Below, piece by piece: positions 9,888 to 18,833 of a stretch of DNA of 64,000 nucleotides. The notes under the pieces were generated by a model, which saw only the letters and a list, made by a program, of their open reading frames with translations, was not told the DNA's origin and did no database searches. Made by a program: the position numbers and the translations under genes. The stretch's first letter is position 1. Every line of letters begins with the position of its first letter. This DNA comes from Caldisericia bacterium (GTDB lineage Bacteria; Caldisericota; Caldisericia; JAAYUI01): assembly GCA_963674785.1 (NCBI GenBank), contig OY771555.1:1248001-1312000 (forward strand), in the 5' to 3' direction.

Positions 9888-10745
9888 TTAGACACGTTTT
9901 GTTTGTTTTTGTTTCTTTTGTTTGCAGCCTAAAGAAAACTTTTGTGTAGTTATGTAAAAACCTCTTTTCTTTTTCTTAATTCGATCAGTAACCTCATTAT
10001 ATCCCGAGACAAGCATTGCAGCTGGCAAAGCTATTATACCGATTGATAGGATGGAAATCAAAGCGGTCAGAATTCTACCGAGAGTTGTTATTGGAACCAA
10101 ATCACCATAACCAATAGTTGTTAGAGTACATACTGCCCACCACATGGTCTCTGGAATGCTTTTGAAGACCTCAGGCTGAGCTGTATGTTCAACATAAAAG
10201 AGCATTGATGCAGAAAGGATTATCAACACGACAACAATTGAAATAGCAATTGCTAGATCCGATAGTTTCTCCTTGAAGACCATCCCAAGTACCTTAAGTG
10301 AACTGGAATACCTGCCAAGTTTGAGTATTCTTACCAGTCTGAATAATCTGAAAATCCGTATGAACCTGAGGTCAAGGAAACCGCCTACCACAATCTCGAT
10401 ATAAAATGGAGCAATTGCTAAAAGATCAACTAGTGCTCCAACTGTTCCTGCGTATCTGAAAACACCAAAGGAGAAATTTCTGTACTTTGGGTTACATGTT
10501 GCTGTCCATAGTCTCAAGATGTATTCTGTCGAGAAAACAACAATTGAGAATATCTCAAATATCTGAAAAACCATTTGAATCTGGGGATGGATGTTTTGCA
10601 TCGTTTCGACTATGACAGTTACAATGCTTAATGTGATAAGGATTATTATGAACCAATCAAAGGCGATACTTACTCTGTCGCCGGGTTTCCCCTGTTCAAT
10701 GATTTCAAAAACACGGTATCTGATTTTTTGGATCTTTGAATCCAT
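9888..10745 (-). CDS. voltage-gated potassium channel (ion transporter)
   Basis: S4 segment RFIRIFRLFRLVRILKLGR, pore helix WWAVCTLTTIGYGD, six TM segments. Confidence 0.93.
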   Translation of the reverse strand: MDSKIQKIRYRVFEIIEQGKPGDRVSIAFDWFIIILITLSIVTVIVETMQNIHPQIQMVFQIFEIFSIVVFSTEYILRLWTATCNPKYRNFSFGVFRYAGTVGALVDLLAIAPFYIEIVVGGFLDLRFIRIFRLFRLVRILKLGRYSSSLKVLGMVFKEKLSDLAIAISIVVVLIILSASMLFYVEHTAQPEVFKSIPETMWWAVCTLTTIGYGDLVPITTLGRILTALISILSIGIIALPAAMLVSGYNEVTDRIKKKKRGFYITTQKFSLGCKQKKQKQTKRV

Positions 10746-10897
10746 GATAAAAATCCTACAAGAAAAGTAATTTTTTTCAACCGATTCATACTTATTTTGT
10801 TTTTGAAAGTTAACATAAAATAATTAACTTTTTAATAACACAGCTTGAATATCTTTAGATGGTGTGTGATAATCTTATCAGGGATGGAGGATGGATT

Positions 10898-13696
10898 ATG
10901 CAAAACAAGAGAATGATTCAGAAGTTCAGCTTTTTTGTTGTTATTGCCATGGTTTTTGTTATTGCCAGCACAGGTATAACTGCGACAAACCAAGATAGCC
11001 CGGTGTTTGTCGGGTGGGAGAGCATCTCGGGAGAACCCTATCCTAAAAATGAAAATGATAACATAAGCAGGACAAATGAAGAATCCATCTCCCCTGACTT
11101 TGTGGTTGATTCAAAGGGTAATATTCATGTCGTTTGGTCAGAAGAGATTGATGGTGAGAATTATGATATTTTCTATGTTTGGAATGATGGGGAAAACTGG
11201 TTAACTGTTGATGGAGCACCATATGATTCAAAGAATGGAAATATCACAAATAATCCTGGATTATCAATAAATCCTCAAATCTTGCTGGATTCTAAAGATA
11301 TACCACACATTGCTTGGATGGATGATTCTTACTCTTACTATGGGGATATCTTTTGCGTGAAAGCTTCAGAAAAAAGGCTTTTGAATGTTGAGGATGTTGT
11401 TTGGGATGCAGAAAAAGGTAACGCAAAAATTGCTAGGATTAAAAATGATTTGAATTACTACAGGTTTTCGATTGATTTAACTGATAATCTTCACTTTTTT
11501 TGGACTGAAGTGGTTGATCAAGTTCGATCAGAGATATTTTATTCAAAATGGGATGGATTGAGTTGGAAAAGTATAGATGGACAAGAACTAGATAGATACA
11601 ACAAAAACAAAGCAATCTTTGGGGTAGACTTCCGTAACTTGTTTTTTGACTTTGACATGTTTGAAGGGAATCCTTATCTTGTTTGGCTTGGAACTGGAAA
11701 GGATGATGCAAGTATAATCTGTTTGATCAGATGGACTGGATTATTTTGGGGAAACATTGAAAGAGAAAAATCTGATTCAGATTTCAGTAATTGTGTTCTA
11801 ATCAAATTAAACTATTTTCCAGAGTGGATTCCTCAAATCAGGATTGATAGTTCAGGTTGTGCCCATATTGTATGGCATCAATTCGAATGGGGTAGCGTTA
11901 ATCCACCTATTGTTAGCTACATAAAATGGGATGGAGATGGGTGGATAACAGCAGATGGATCAAGATTTAATCCAGATGAGGCAAATTCTTGGATCGATAT
12001 CGATGGAATTAAGGGAAAGGTTTTGTATCAATTTTTGCTTCAAGATGATGAACCTGTTTTGATTTGGAGTAATGCTCTAAGGGAGCCCTTCGATTTATTT
12101 TTCACAAAGCTTGAAGAAGGTGATTGGGTCAATATGTTTGGTTCTGAATTTGACCCATTCGATAGTAGGATTCATTTTGGTGCAAGTGGTTCTCAAACCA
12201 CTTATCCGGAAGTAAAGATTTTTGAAAATGGCGAAATCTTCTTTATTAGATCAGATTACAGTTATGAGAACCCAGAGGTTATTCTTACAAAAGTTAGTGA
12301 TGGGCAAGAATACTTGTTGAGCGGTGAGGTTTATGATTCTGAGGCAGGGAACATAAATATTACTCGGTGTGATGATTTTTTTTATGAAGATTTTTCTTTT
12401 GAAATGTGTGCTGAAGCCGCTTATTTAGTTTGGAATGATTTTAATTGTCCAAATTTTGTTAAATGGGATGGTTTTAATTGGGTCAACTCGGATGGAGAAA
12501 AATGGGATAACAGAGCTTGGAATGCAAATCTTACCAGTTATGATGAAAGTTATTCTTGGAATCCTACAGTTGCTACTGGCAATGATGGTAACCCTCATAT
12601 CATGTGGTTTGAGAAAAGTATCGGTGATGATTACAGTGAAACATTTTTGCTTCACTATATCCGGTGGCATGATGATTTCTGGGTGAATGTTTATGGAGAA
12701 AAGTGGGGAAATAGGAATTCGGCACTCCCTGATTTTTGGGAGTATTCTTGGAATTTCAGTTTCGATATAGACGCGAATAATCTTCCACATATTTTGTGGC
12801 TTGATGATGGTTTCATTAATTATATTAGGTTTGATGGTGATAAATGGCTGATAACAAATGGAGATGAATATGGATTGAAGTATGGTGATGAAGCTATAAT
12901 GGATGATGTATCATCAAGAGCAAACAATCTAGATTTAACTATTGATAAAAATAATTGTATCCATGCTTCTTGGGACGATTTAAACAATAATACTCGGTCG
13001 AAAAAATATTATCTTCAAAGAAAAGCTGATGATCATTTTTGGAATACACTTACTGGAGAAGTATTTGATATTGATGCGGATAATTCATGTGTAATTGAAG
13101 GAATAAAGTCTGATCTATCAATAGAAGTGGATTATGATAATTTTGGAAACCCACACTTTTGTTGGACAGATTTCGATGAAGGTGTTGTTTATTTGAAGTA
13201 TTGTTATTGGGATGGAGAGGTATTTAAGGATGTATCAGGAGAAAAGGTTGATTTGAAGTCAAATGATTATGTTTTTATTTCTTCTCTGATTATCGAGGAT
13301 GAATATGATGAGTGGTACATCTCTCCATCACTCGTGCTTGATTCAAATGGAATCCCACATGTTGCTTGGAAACAGACAGTAGATGTAAAGAATTGGAGAG
13401 GAGTCAACACTTTTATTAATACCGACACATTTTATTCCAGATGGGATGGTACGGCTTGGGTAAATCTGTTTGGGGAACAACTAGAATATGAAGCAAAAAA
13501 TGCAAAGATAACAAATAGCCCAACTGGGGCTGACATAAAAAAATGGGAAATTGGGCTTTCTGGGTGGGATGATCAAGTCCAAATTGGTTTATCAAGCGAG
13601 GATATCCCTTATATTTTGTGGTCAGATTCTTGTTATTCTTTTGGAAGTTCAGATATTCTAGGTCTAAAAGGTGTATTGAAAAAAATAGACAAATAG
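10898..13696 (+). CDS. large secreted Trp/Asp-rich beta-propeller repeat protein
   Basis: Signal peptide; about 13-14 repeats of about 60 aa (P.I..DS.G.PHI.W...Y.KWDG..W....G); GGAGG SD before ATG 10898. Confidence 0.8.
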   Translation: MQNKRMIQKFSFFVVIAMVFVIASTGITATNQDSPVFVGWESISGEPYPKNENDNISRTNEESISPDFVVDSKGNIHVVWSEEIDGENYDIFYVWNDGENWLTVDGAPYDSKNGNITNNPGLSINPQILLDSKDIPHIAWMDDSYSYYGDIFCVKASEKRLLNVEDVVWDAEKGNAKIARIKNDLNYYRFSIDLTDNLHFFWTEVVDQVRSEIFYSKWDGLSWKSIDGQELDRYNKNKAIFGVDFRNLFFDFDMFEGNPYLVWLGTGKDDASIICLIRWTGLFWGNIEREKSDSDFSNCVLIKLNYFPEWIPQIRIDSSGCAHIVWHQFEWGSVNPPIVSYIKWDGDGWITADGSRFNPDEANSWIDIDGIKGKVLYQFLLQDDEPVLIWSNALREPFDLFFTKLEEGDWVNMFGSEFDPFDSRIHFGASGSQTTYPEVKIFENGEIFFIRSDYSYENPEVILTKVSDGQEYLLSGEVYDSEAGNINITRCDDFFYEDFSFEMCAEAAYLVWNDFNCPNFVKWDGFNWVNSDGEKWDNRAWNANLTSYDESYSWNPTVATGNDGNPHIMWFEKSIGDDYSETFLLHYIRWHDDFWVNVYGEKWGNRNSALPDFWEYSWNFSFDIDANNLPHILWLDDGFINYIRFDGDKWLITNGDEYGLKYGDEAIMDDVSSRANNLDLTIDKNNCIHASWDDLNNNTRSKKYYLQRKADDHFWNTLTGEVFDIDADNSCVIEGIKSDLSIEVDYDNFGNPHFCWTDFDEGVVYLKYCYWDGEVFKDVSGEKVDLKSNDYVFISSLIIEDEYDEWYISPSLVLDSNGIPHVAWKQTVDVKNWRGVNTFINTDTFYSRWDGTAWVNLFGEQLEYEAKNAKITNSPTGADIKKWEIGLSGWDDQVQIGLSSEDIPYILWSDSCYSFGSSDILGLKGVLKKIDK

Positions 13697-13756
13697 ACAA
13701 AATCAAATCATTTCTCGTAGTAGATATTAAAGAAATATCGAAGGAGAAAATGTTTG

Positions 13757-15079
13757 ATGAAATTGGTTCTGTCAATTCTTATATCTGTTGCTTTGCTTTC
13801 CTCTCCAGCTTCCGGAGCTTCTAGTAATACTGAATTCTATGAAGGATACACATTGTTTTCTCCAAATTCTTCAAGAATAACGTATTTAATCGATATGGAT
13901 GGGGATGTGGTTCACACATGGGAGAGCGAATCAACACCTGGGAACAGTGTTTATCTTCTGGAAGATGGAAATCTGCTTCGAACCGAAAGCTTTCAAACAA
14001 AGGAAAGCAGAGATTTTCCAAAAGGCGGTGCAGGTGGTAGGGTCAAGATTATAGATTGGGATAGCAACACCCTTTGGCAATATGAGCTTTCCGACAAAAA
14101 TGAGAGGCTTCATCATGATGTTGAGTACATGCCAAATGGAAATGTTTTGATGATTGTCTGGGAAAGATTTTCTGGTGATGATGTTGTTAAAATGGGAAGA
14201 GATCCGAAAAAAGCTCCTGAAAATATGTTTATCGATAAAATAATTGAAGTAAAACCAGACTTTGAAACCGGAGGAGCAGAGATTGTTTGGCAGTGGAGGT
14301 TTGCCGATCATCTTATTCAGGATTTTGATAAATCAAAAGATAACTTCGGCACTGTTTCCGAAAACCCGGGAAGAATTGATATCAACCTTATGAATAATAA
14401 TCCAAAAACTAATTCTCTCGATTGGACACACATAAACGCCGTTGATTACAATGAAAAACTTGACCAGATTATAATCAGTTCCCCGACAATGAGTGAAATC
14501 TATATCATAAACCACAATATAACAACAGAAGAAGCAGTAGGGGAAAAGGGTGATTTTATGTTTCGGTGGGGTAACCCTGTCAATTACGATAAGGGCACAA
14601 TAAAGGACAGAAAGCTATTTTTTCAACATGATGCACAGTGGATTACAGATGACTGCCCTGGAACTGGAAACATATTGGTGTTTAATAATGGAATCAGGAA
14701 CATCCGTGAGTATTCAACAGTTGACGAAATAAAATTAGAGATAACCGATGATGGTTCATATGAAACAACAAACGGTAGATTTCTTCCTGAGAATTCCGTT
14801 TGGTCATATTCTGCTGATGATAAATCTGAGTTTTATTCTGACCATATTTCTGGTGCTCAGAGGTTGCCAAATGGAAATACCCTTATTTGTTCAGGTGCTC
14901 AAGGGTGGTTTTTTGAGGTAACAGAAGAAGGAAAGATTGTTTGGGAGTATGTTAACACCTTTGGAAAATCCCCGCCATCTCAAAAACCTCGACCAAATGA
15001 TATTGATTTAAACGCCATCGATTCACCAAAGGAAGTATTTAGATGCACAAGGTATCCGGTCGACTATCCAGGATTATGA
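13757..15079 (+). CDS. aryl-sulfate sulfotransferase (ASST) family, secreted
   Basis: Signal peptide; YLIDMDGDVVHTW, LHHDVEYMPNGN, WTHINAVDY, FQHDAQW and ISGAQRLPNGNTLI motifs. Confidence 0.88.
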   Translation: MKLVLSILISVALLSSPASGASSNTEFYEGYTLFSPNSSRITYLIDMDGDVVHTWESESTPGNSVYLLEDGNLLRTESFQTKESRDFPKGGAGGRVKIIDWDSNTLWQYELSDKNERLHHDVEYMPNGNVLMIVWERFSGDDVVKMGRDPKKAPENMFIDKIIEVKPDFETGGAEIVWQWRFADHLIQDFDKSKDNFGTVSENPGRIDINLMNNNPKTNSLDWTHINAVDYNEKLDQIIISSPTMSEIYIINHNITTEEAVGEKGDFMFRWGNPVNYDKGTIKDRKLFFQHDAQWITDDCPGTGNILVFNNGIRNIREYSTVDEIKLEITDDGSYETTNGRFLPENSVWSYSADDKSEFYSDHISGAQRLPNGNTLICSGAQGWFFEVTEEGKIVWEYVNTFGKSPPSQKPRPNDIDLNAIDSPKEVFRCTRYPVDYPGL

Positions 15080-15080
15080 C

Positions 15081-16220
15081 TTAACTAGCTCTTTTCGAAA
15101 TTTCTGAAATCGCTTCAATGATTTTCTCGATCTCTTCAATCTTTGTGTGATTTCCTGGAGACAATCTCACAGTTCCTTCTGGATATGTTCCAAATGTTTT
15201 ATGTGCAAGTTGCGCTTGATGTAGTCCTGCACGGCAGCAGATTCCGTAATCTTTATCAAGTATTTCAGCAACTTTTATTGGGTTCATTCCCTCAATTGTA
15301 AATGATACAATTGCTGTTGATTTTTCAGGCTCTGAGTGACCATAAACCTTTACTTTATCAATTGTTGATAATCCGACTCTGAGCCTTGACTTTAGTTTGT
15401 TTTGGTGGTTTTGGATTGAAGATAATCCTTGCTCTTTGATTTCGTCTATCGCGGTACTAAGCCCGATAATCCCTGGTGAATTAAATGTTCCTGCGTGAAA
15501 TTTTTTTATATCATCTTCGACATCCATATCTTCGCCAATCGCACCAAGGATCAGAGGTTGAAGTCTTCTGATATCAAAACTCTCATTAACTATTAACCCT
15601 CCTATTCCAGGTGGTCCGTGAAGACTTTTGTGACCGGTGAACGCTAAAAGGTCGATACCCATTTTGAAGGCATCAATCTCGATTTGCCCTGCAGTTTGGG
15701 CTGCATCAATAAGTATATGAGATCCTGCATCATGGACAATTTTTGAAATCTCTTCTATGTTTTGAATTGTTCCATTCACATTGTTTGCATGGGTTACAAT
15801 AACAAGTTTTGTCTTCTTCTGAAGTTTTCTCACCAAATCATCAATATCCAGAATACCGTTTCCACCACATTTAGCATATTCAATTTGTATTGAATCCCCA
15901 ATTGATAAAACAGGTCTTAACACGGAATTGTGTTCAACCCCGCTTATGATGACCCTGTCTCCCTTGTTCAGGAAACCTCTGATAACTGTGTTTAAGGCTG
16001 TTGTTGCGTTTTGCATGAAGATCAACTGCTTTGGAGCCGAGAGACCAAAAAATGAGGCGATGTTTTCTCTTGCAGAAATTACTTTTTGGTAAGCCTGAAC
16101 AGATAACCTGTGTCCAATTTTTGAAGGATTTCCCCCATCGTACTTCAGAAAATCTGTCATTGCCTGAAGCACTTTTTCTGATTTTGGCCATGAGGTGGCA
16201 CCGTAATCAAGATATATCAT
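15081..16220 (-). CDS. class-V PLP-dependent enzyme (cysteine desulfurase family) with catalytic Cys replaced by Gln
   Basis: IYLDYGATS, NATTALN, EHNSV, IDAAQTAG, FTGHKSLHGP (PLP lysine), VRLSPG; RAGLHQA at the position of RxGLHCA. Start could be GTG 16229. Confidence 0.88.
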   Translation of the reverse strand: MIYLDYGATSWPKSEKVLQAMTDFLKYDGGNPSKIGHRLSVQAYQKVISARENIASFFGLSAPKQLIFMQNATTALNTVIRGFLNKGDRVIISGVEHNSVLRPVLSIGDSIQIEYAKCGGNGILDIDDLVRKLQKKTKLVIVTHANNVNGTIQNIEEISKIVHDAGSHILIDAAQTAGQIEIDAFKMGIDLLAFTGHKSLHGPPGIGGLIVNESFDIRRLQPLILGAIGEDMDVEDDIKKFHAGTFNSPGIIGLSTAIDEIKEQGLSSIQNHQNKLKSRLRVGLSTIDKVKVYGHSEPEKSTAIVSFTIEGMNPIKVAEILDKDYGICCRAGLHQAQLAHKTFGTYPEGTVRLSPGNHTKIEEIEKIIEAISEISKRAS

Positions 16221-16408
16221 CTGTTTCACAAACCTCTTTCTTTGATACACGTGATTATACGTCGTATTTCCATTTTCTCAATCACATCAAGAAAAATATG
16301 AAATAGGTTAAAATAGTATATCTTATTGGGAACAGTTCTTGATAATGTTCGGTCATTTTTTTGTTCAATTATCCAAAAAAAGTGTTATTTTAAAGCAATA
16401 ATTCTGAA

Positions 16409-16471
16409 TTGACAAATCATTTATGTCAAGGTCTTGACAAAAAAGATTTTTGTTCTATTATGGTATTGACA
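16409..16471 (+). promoter_or_regulatory. hsp20 promoter with repeated TTGACA/TGTCAA boxes
   Basis: TTGACA at 16409, 16434 and 16466; TGTCAA at 16424; TTGACA(16434)-16 nt-TATTAT(16456). Confidence 0.6.
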
Positions 16472-16492
16472 AAAAAGTAATAGGAGGTGTCT

Positions 16493-16918
16493 ATGGCAAT
16501 AGAAAGATATGATAGATTTGCGGATCCAAGAGAGTTTGCATCTGAAATTAGAAAAAGTATTTTCAATGGTTTATTCCACTCGGGAGACGATTACTGGAGA
16601 CCATTTTTTGATGTTACAGAAACTGAAGATGAATACCGAATGAAGATTTCAATTCCAGGTGTAAACAAGGACGATGTTGAGATTGAGATCAGAGATGATG
16701 TTGTTACGATCTCTGGGGAAAGAAAAGAGACAAAAAAGGAAGATAAAGAAGAGTATCACATCAGGGAGATTGTCTCAGGAAGATTCTCAAGGTCTTTGAA
16801 GCTTCCAGCACCAATCGATCCAGATGGTGTAGTTGCAAAATTCAAAGATGGTTTGCTCTGCGTAACTCTTCCAAAGAGTGAAAGAACAAAACCGAGAAAA
16901 ATTGAGATTGAGGAATAA
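16493..16918 (+). CDS. hsp20: Hsp20/alpha-crystallin small heat-shock protein
   Basis: PFFDVTETEDEY, IPGVNKDDVEI, TISGER, GRFSRSLKLP, AKFKDGLLCVTLPK, C-terminal IEI; AGGAGG SD. Confidence 0.95.
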   Translation: MAIERYDRFADPREFASEIRKSIFNGLFHSGDDYWRPFFDVTETEDEYRMKISIPGVNKDDVEIEIRDDVVTISGERKETKKEDKEEYHIREIVSGRFSRSLKLPAPIDPDGVVAKFKDGLLCVTLPKSERTKPRKIEIEE

Positions 16919-16928
16919 TCTGTTGTTT

Positions 16929-16958
16929 GAACTGACCCCATAATTATGGGGTCAGTTC
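16929..16958. terminator. perfect 30-bp palindrome after hsp20 (terminator or stabilising hairpin)
   Basis: GAACTGACCCCATAATTATGGGGTCAGTTC equals its own reverse complement; no clear U-tract. Confidence 0.6.
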
Positions 16959-16974
16959 TAGAAAAGAGGATATT

Positions 16975-17742
16975 TTGGCCAAATTTATAATTCTTAAACC
17001 ATTACATCTCTATCCGATTGAGATTCTTGACCTCTCACATCGAGTGAATACCAGACTTAAAGAAAAAGGTGTAGCGACACTTTCCGATCTTGCGAAGTAC
17101 GATGATGATGAACTTCTTGGTATTTATCATTTTGGTCAAAAATCACTTGCTCAAATAAAAAAACGTTTGCAGATGTTGAATGAATGTGCATCAGCTCATG
17201 GAAAACCATCCCAAGAAATAATTGAATGTATGAGGCTCAGGCTTGATAAAGATGACAAACTAATTGAGGAGATCGTTAATTCTGTTATTGGTTCAGCACG
17301 TGAGCAAACGATAAGCTACTATATTTCTCAGATTCCGCTTAGACCCGCTTATGTCTTGATTGAAAGATTTGGAATGAAGCATGAGAAAAGAAGGACTCTT
17401 CAAGAGATTGCAAACATCATGGATTTGACTCGAGAGAGAGTAAGACAGCTTCAAGTCAGAGGAATTAAGTGGATGTTGAAATATACTGACTCTGATAACA
17501 CTCTTGAAAACTGGGAGGAAACTCTTACAGCATGTGCAAATGAGCCACCTATCAATGAGGCGTTATTTTTACAGCGTGTCGAAGACTCAGGTATAAGCGG
17601 TGAATCGAGTCCTGTTGGATTTGTTATTCTTGCAACAAATATGATTTTGAGAACTCCAATTCCCACGTTGCTTAAAGCATCAAGAATGCTAAAATTACAT
17701 AGGTTTTGGAAAAAAAATAAAGTAAAAAAGCAGATTGCATAA
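16975..17742 (+). CDS. RNA polymerase alpha-CTD-like domain fused to a sigma70 region-4 HTH
   Basis: PIEILDLSHRVNTRLKEKGVATLSDL...LLGIYHFGQKSLAQI (alphaCTD) and RTLQEIANIMDLTRERVRQLQ (sigma r4). TTG start with GAGGA SD. Confidence 0.85.
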   Translation: MAKFIILKPLHLYPIEILDLSHRVNTRLKEKGVATLSDLAKYDDDELLGIYHFGQKSLAQIKKRLQMLNECASAHGKPSQEIIECMRLRLDKDDKLIEEIVNSVIGSAREQTISYYISQIPLRPAYVLIERFGMKHEKRRTLQEIANIMDLTRERVRQLQVRGIKWMLKYTDSDNTLENWEETLTACANEPPINEALFLQRVEDSGISGESSPVGFVILATNMILRTPIPTLLKASRMLKLHRFWKKNKVKKQIA

Positions 17743-17763
17743 AATCAAAATAGGAGATGCCAT

Positions 17764-18249
17764 ATGTCAAAAGACAACAAAGAGAACGTCGAAAAGTGTA
17801 ATAAGTATTTTGGTCCAAACCTTTTTAATGCAACATGGGATTTGATTGATAAAGGTGATAAGAGAACCGAAGAAGATGAGTTAATGATGATTCATACTGC
17901 CCATGCCTCAGCTTATCACTGGAGACAGGTTGGAAAACCCATCAATTTCGCAAGGAGTGAATGGCAGCTTTCAAGAGTATACTCTATTCTAAAAAGAGCC
18001 CAGCAAGCAATGTATCATGCCCAAAACTGTCTCAATATCTGTAAAGAGTGCAAGAAAAATAACGATGAGATTGCTGATTGGGATATTCCATTTGCATTTG
18101 AAGCCTTGGCAAGGGCAAGCCTTGTATCCGGAGCAAATGAAACTGCTGAAAAATTCCTCAAACTAGCAAAAACAGAGGGCGAAAAAATCTCTGGAGATGG
18201 CGATAAGAAATACTTTTTTTCAGAGATTGAGACAATAAAAATAGATTAG
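17764..18249 (+). CDS. conserved hypothetical helical protein
   Basis: AGGAG SD; FNATWDLID, AHASAYHW, WQLSRVY and AFEALARA helical-repeat pattern. Confidence 0.75.
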   Translation: MSKDNKENVEKCNKYFGPNLFNATWDLIDKGDKRTEEDELMMIHTAHASAYHWRQVGKPINFARSEWQLSRVYSILKRAQQAMYHAQNCLNICKECKKNNDEIADWDIPFAFEALARASLVSGANETAEKFLKLAKTEGEKISGDGDKKYFFSEIETIKID

Positions 18250-18833
18250 TTAATCACATAATCTTTCGCGATTTTGTAAGAGTCATCGAACACGTCTGAC
18301 ACATGCGGCTTGAGTTCGATGACTTTATTTTTTAGTTTTTCAAATTCGATTGAATTGGTTTCGGAAGTGTATTTAAAACCATCTATTTCATTTGCCAAAT
18401 AAACTATAGTTGAAATACATTCTAGTTCTTTTCCGGATGCTCTTGCTAATTCATTTGCATTTTTATCAAGTACAGTGTTTTCAAGACCAAAAAGTTCTTC
18501 TGAGCTAGGAAAATCCCTTTCAGTCTCTAAATCTATATTCACAGTGTATTTCCAAGGAGAGTATTCTCCTATTGGTTCCTCTTCAGATAAGTAGGAGGTC
18601 TCATCAGACAAATAGGTAACATTTTTTGCAAGGGTTTTTGAAAAAACCCCATAGTTATAAAAATCAAAATCAAAATTGAATCCAGGTTTTGATTCTGGAT
18701 TGTGTTTAATAGATAGTTGTTTTATTAAGTATACCATTTTTTGAAGGTGGATTCTTCCATATATTGTACCACTGTTTATTGTGTGAAGCATTTTAAGAAT
18801 CCTTACCAGATCATTTATTGGCATTATCGCCAT
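18246..18833 (-). CDS. YwgA-like / SocA-Panacea-like winged-helix protein
   Basis: GRIHLQKMVYL...FDFDFYNYGVFSKTL resembles the GRxKLQKxxY...FxxxxYGPYS motif. Overlaps the HD gene; GGAGG SD. Confidence 0.7.
   Translation of the reverse strand: MAIMPINDLVRILKMLHTINSGTIYGRIHLQKMVYLIKQLSIKHNPESKPGFNFDFDFYNYGVFSKTLAKNVTYLSDETSYLSEEEPIGEYSPWKYTVNIDLETERDFPSSEELFGLENTVLDKNANELARASGKELECISTIVYLANEIDGFKYTSETNSIEFEKLKNKVIELKPHVSDVFDDSYKIAKDYVIN

Noticed and set aside
10806-10831. Inverted repeat AAAGTTAA-N10-TTAACTTT between divergent genes
   Set aside because: Very AT-rich single occurrence with no matching regulator consensus; plausible by chance.
16380-16490. CIRCE, HAIR or canonical CtsR box before hsp20
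   Set aside because: None of the consensus sequences is present.
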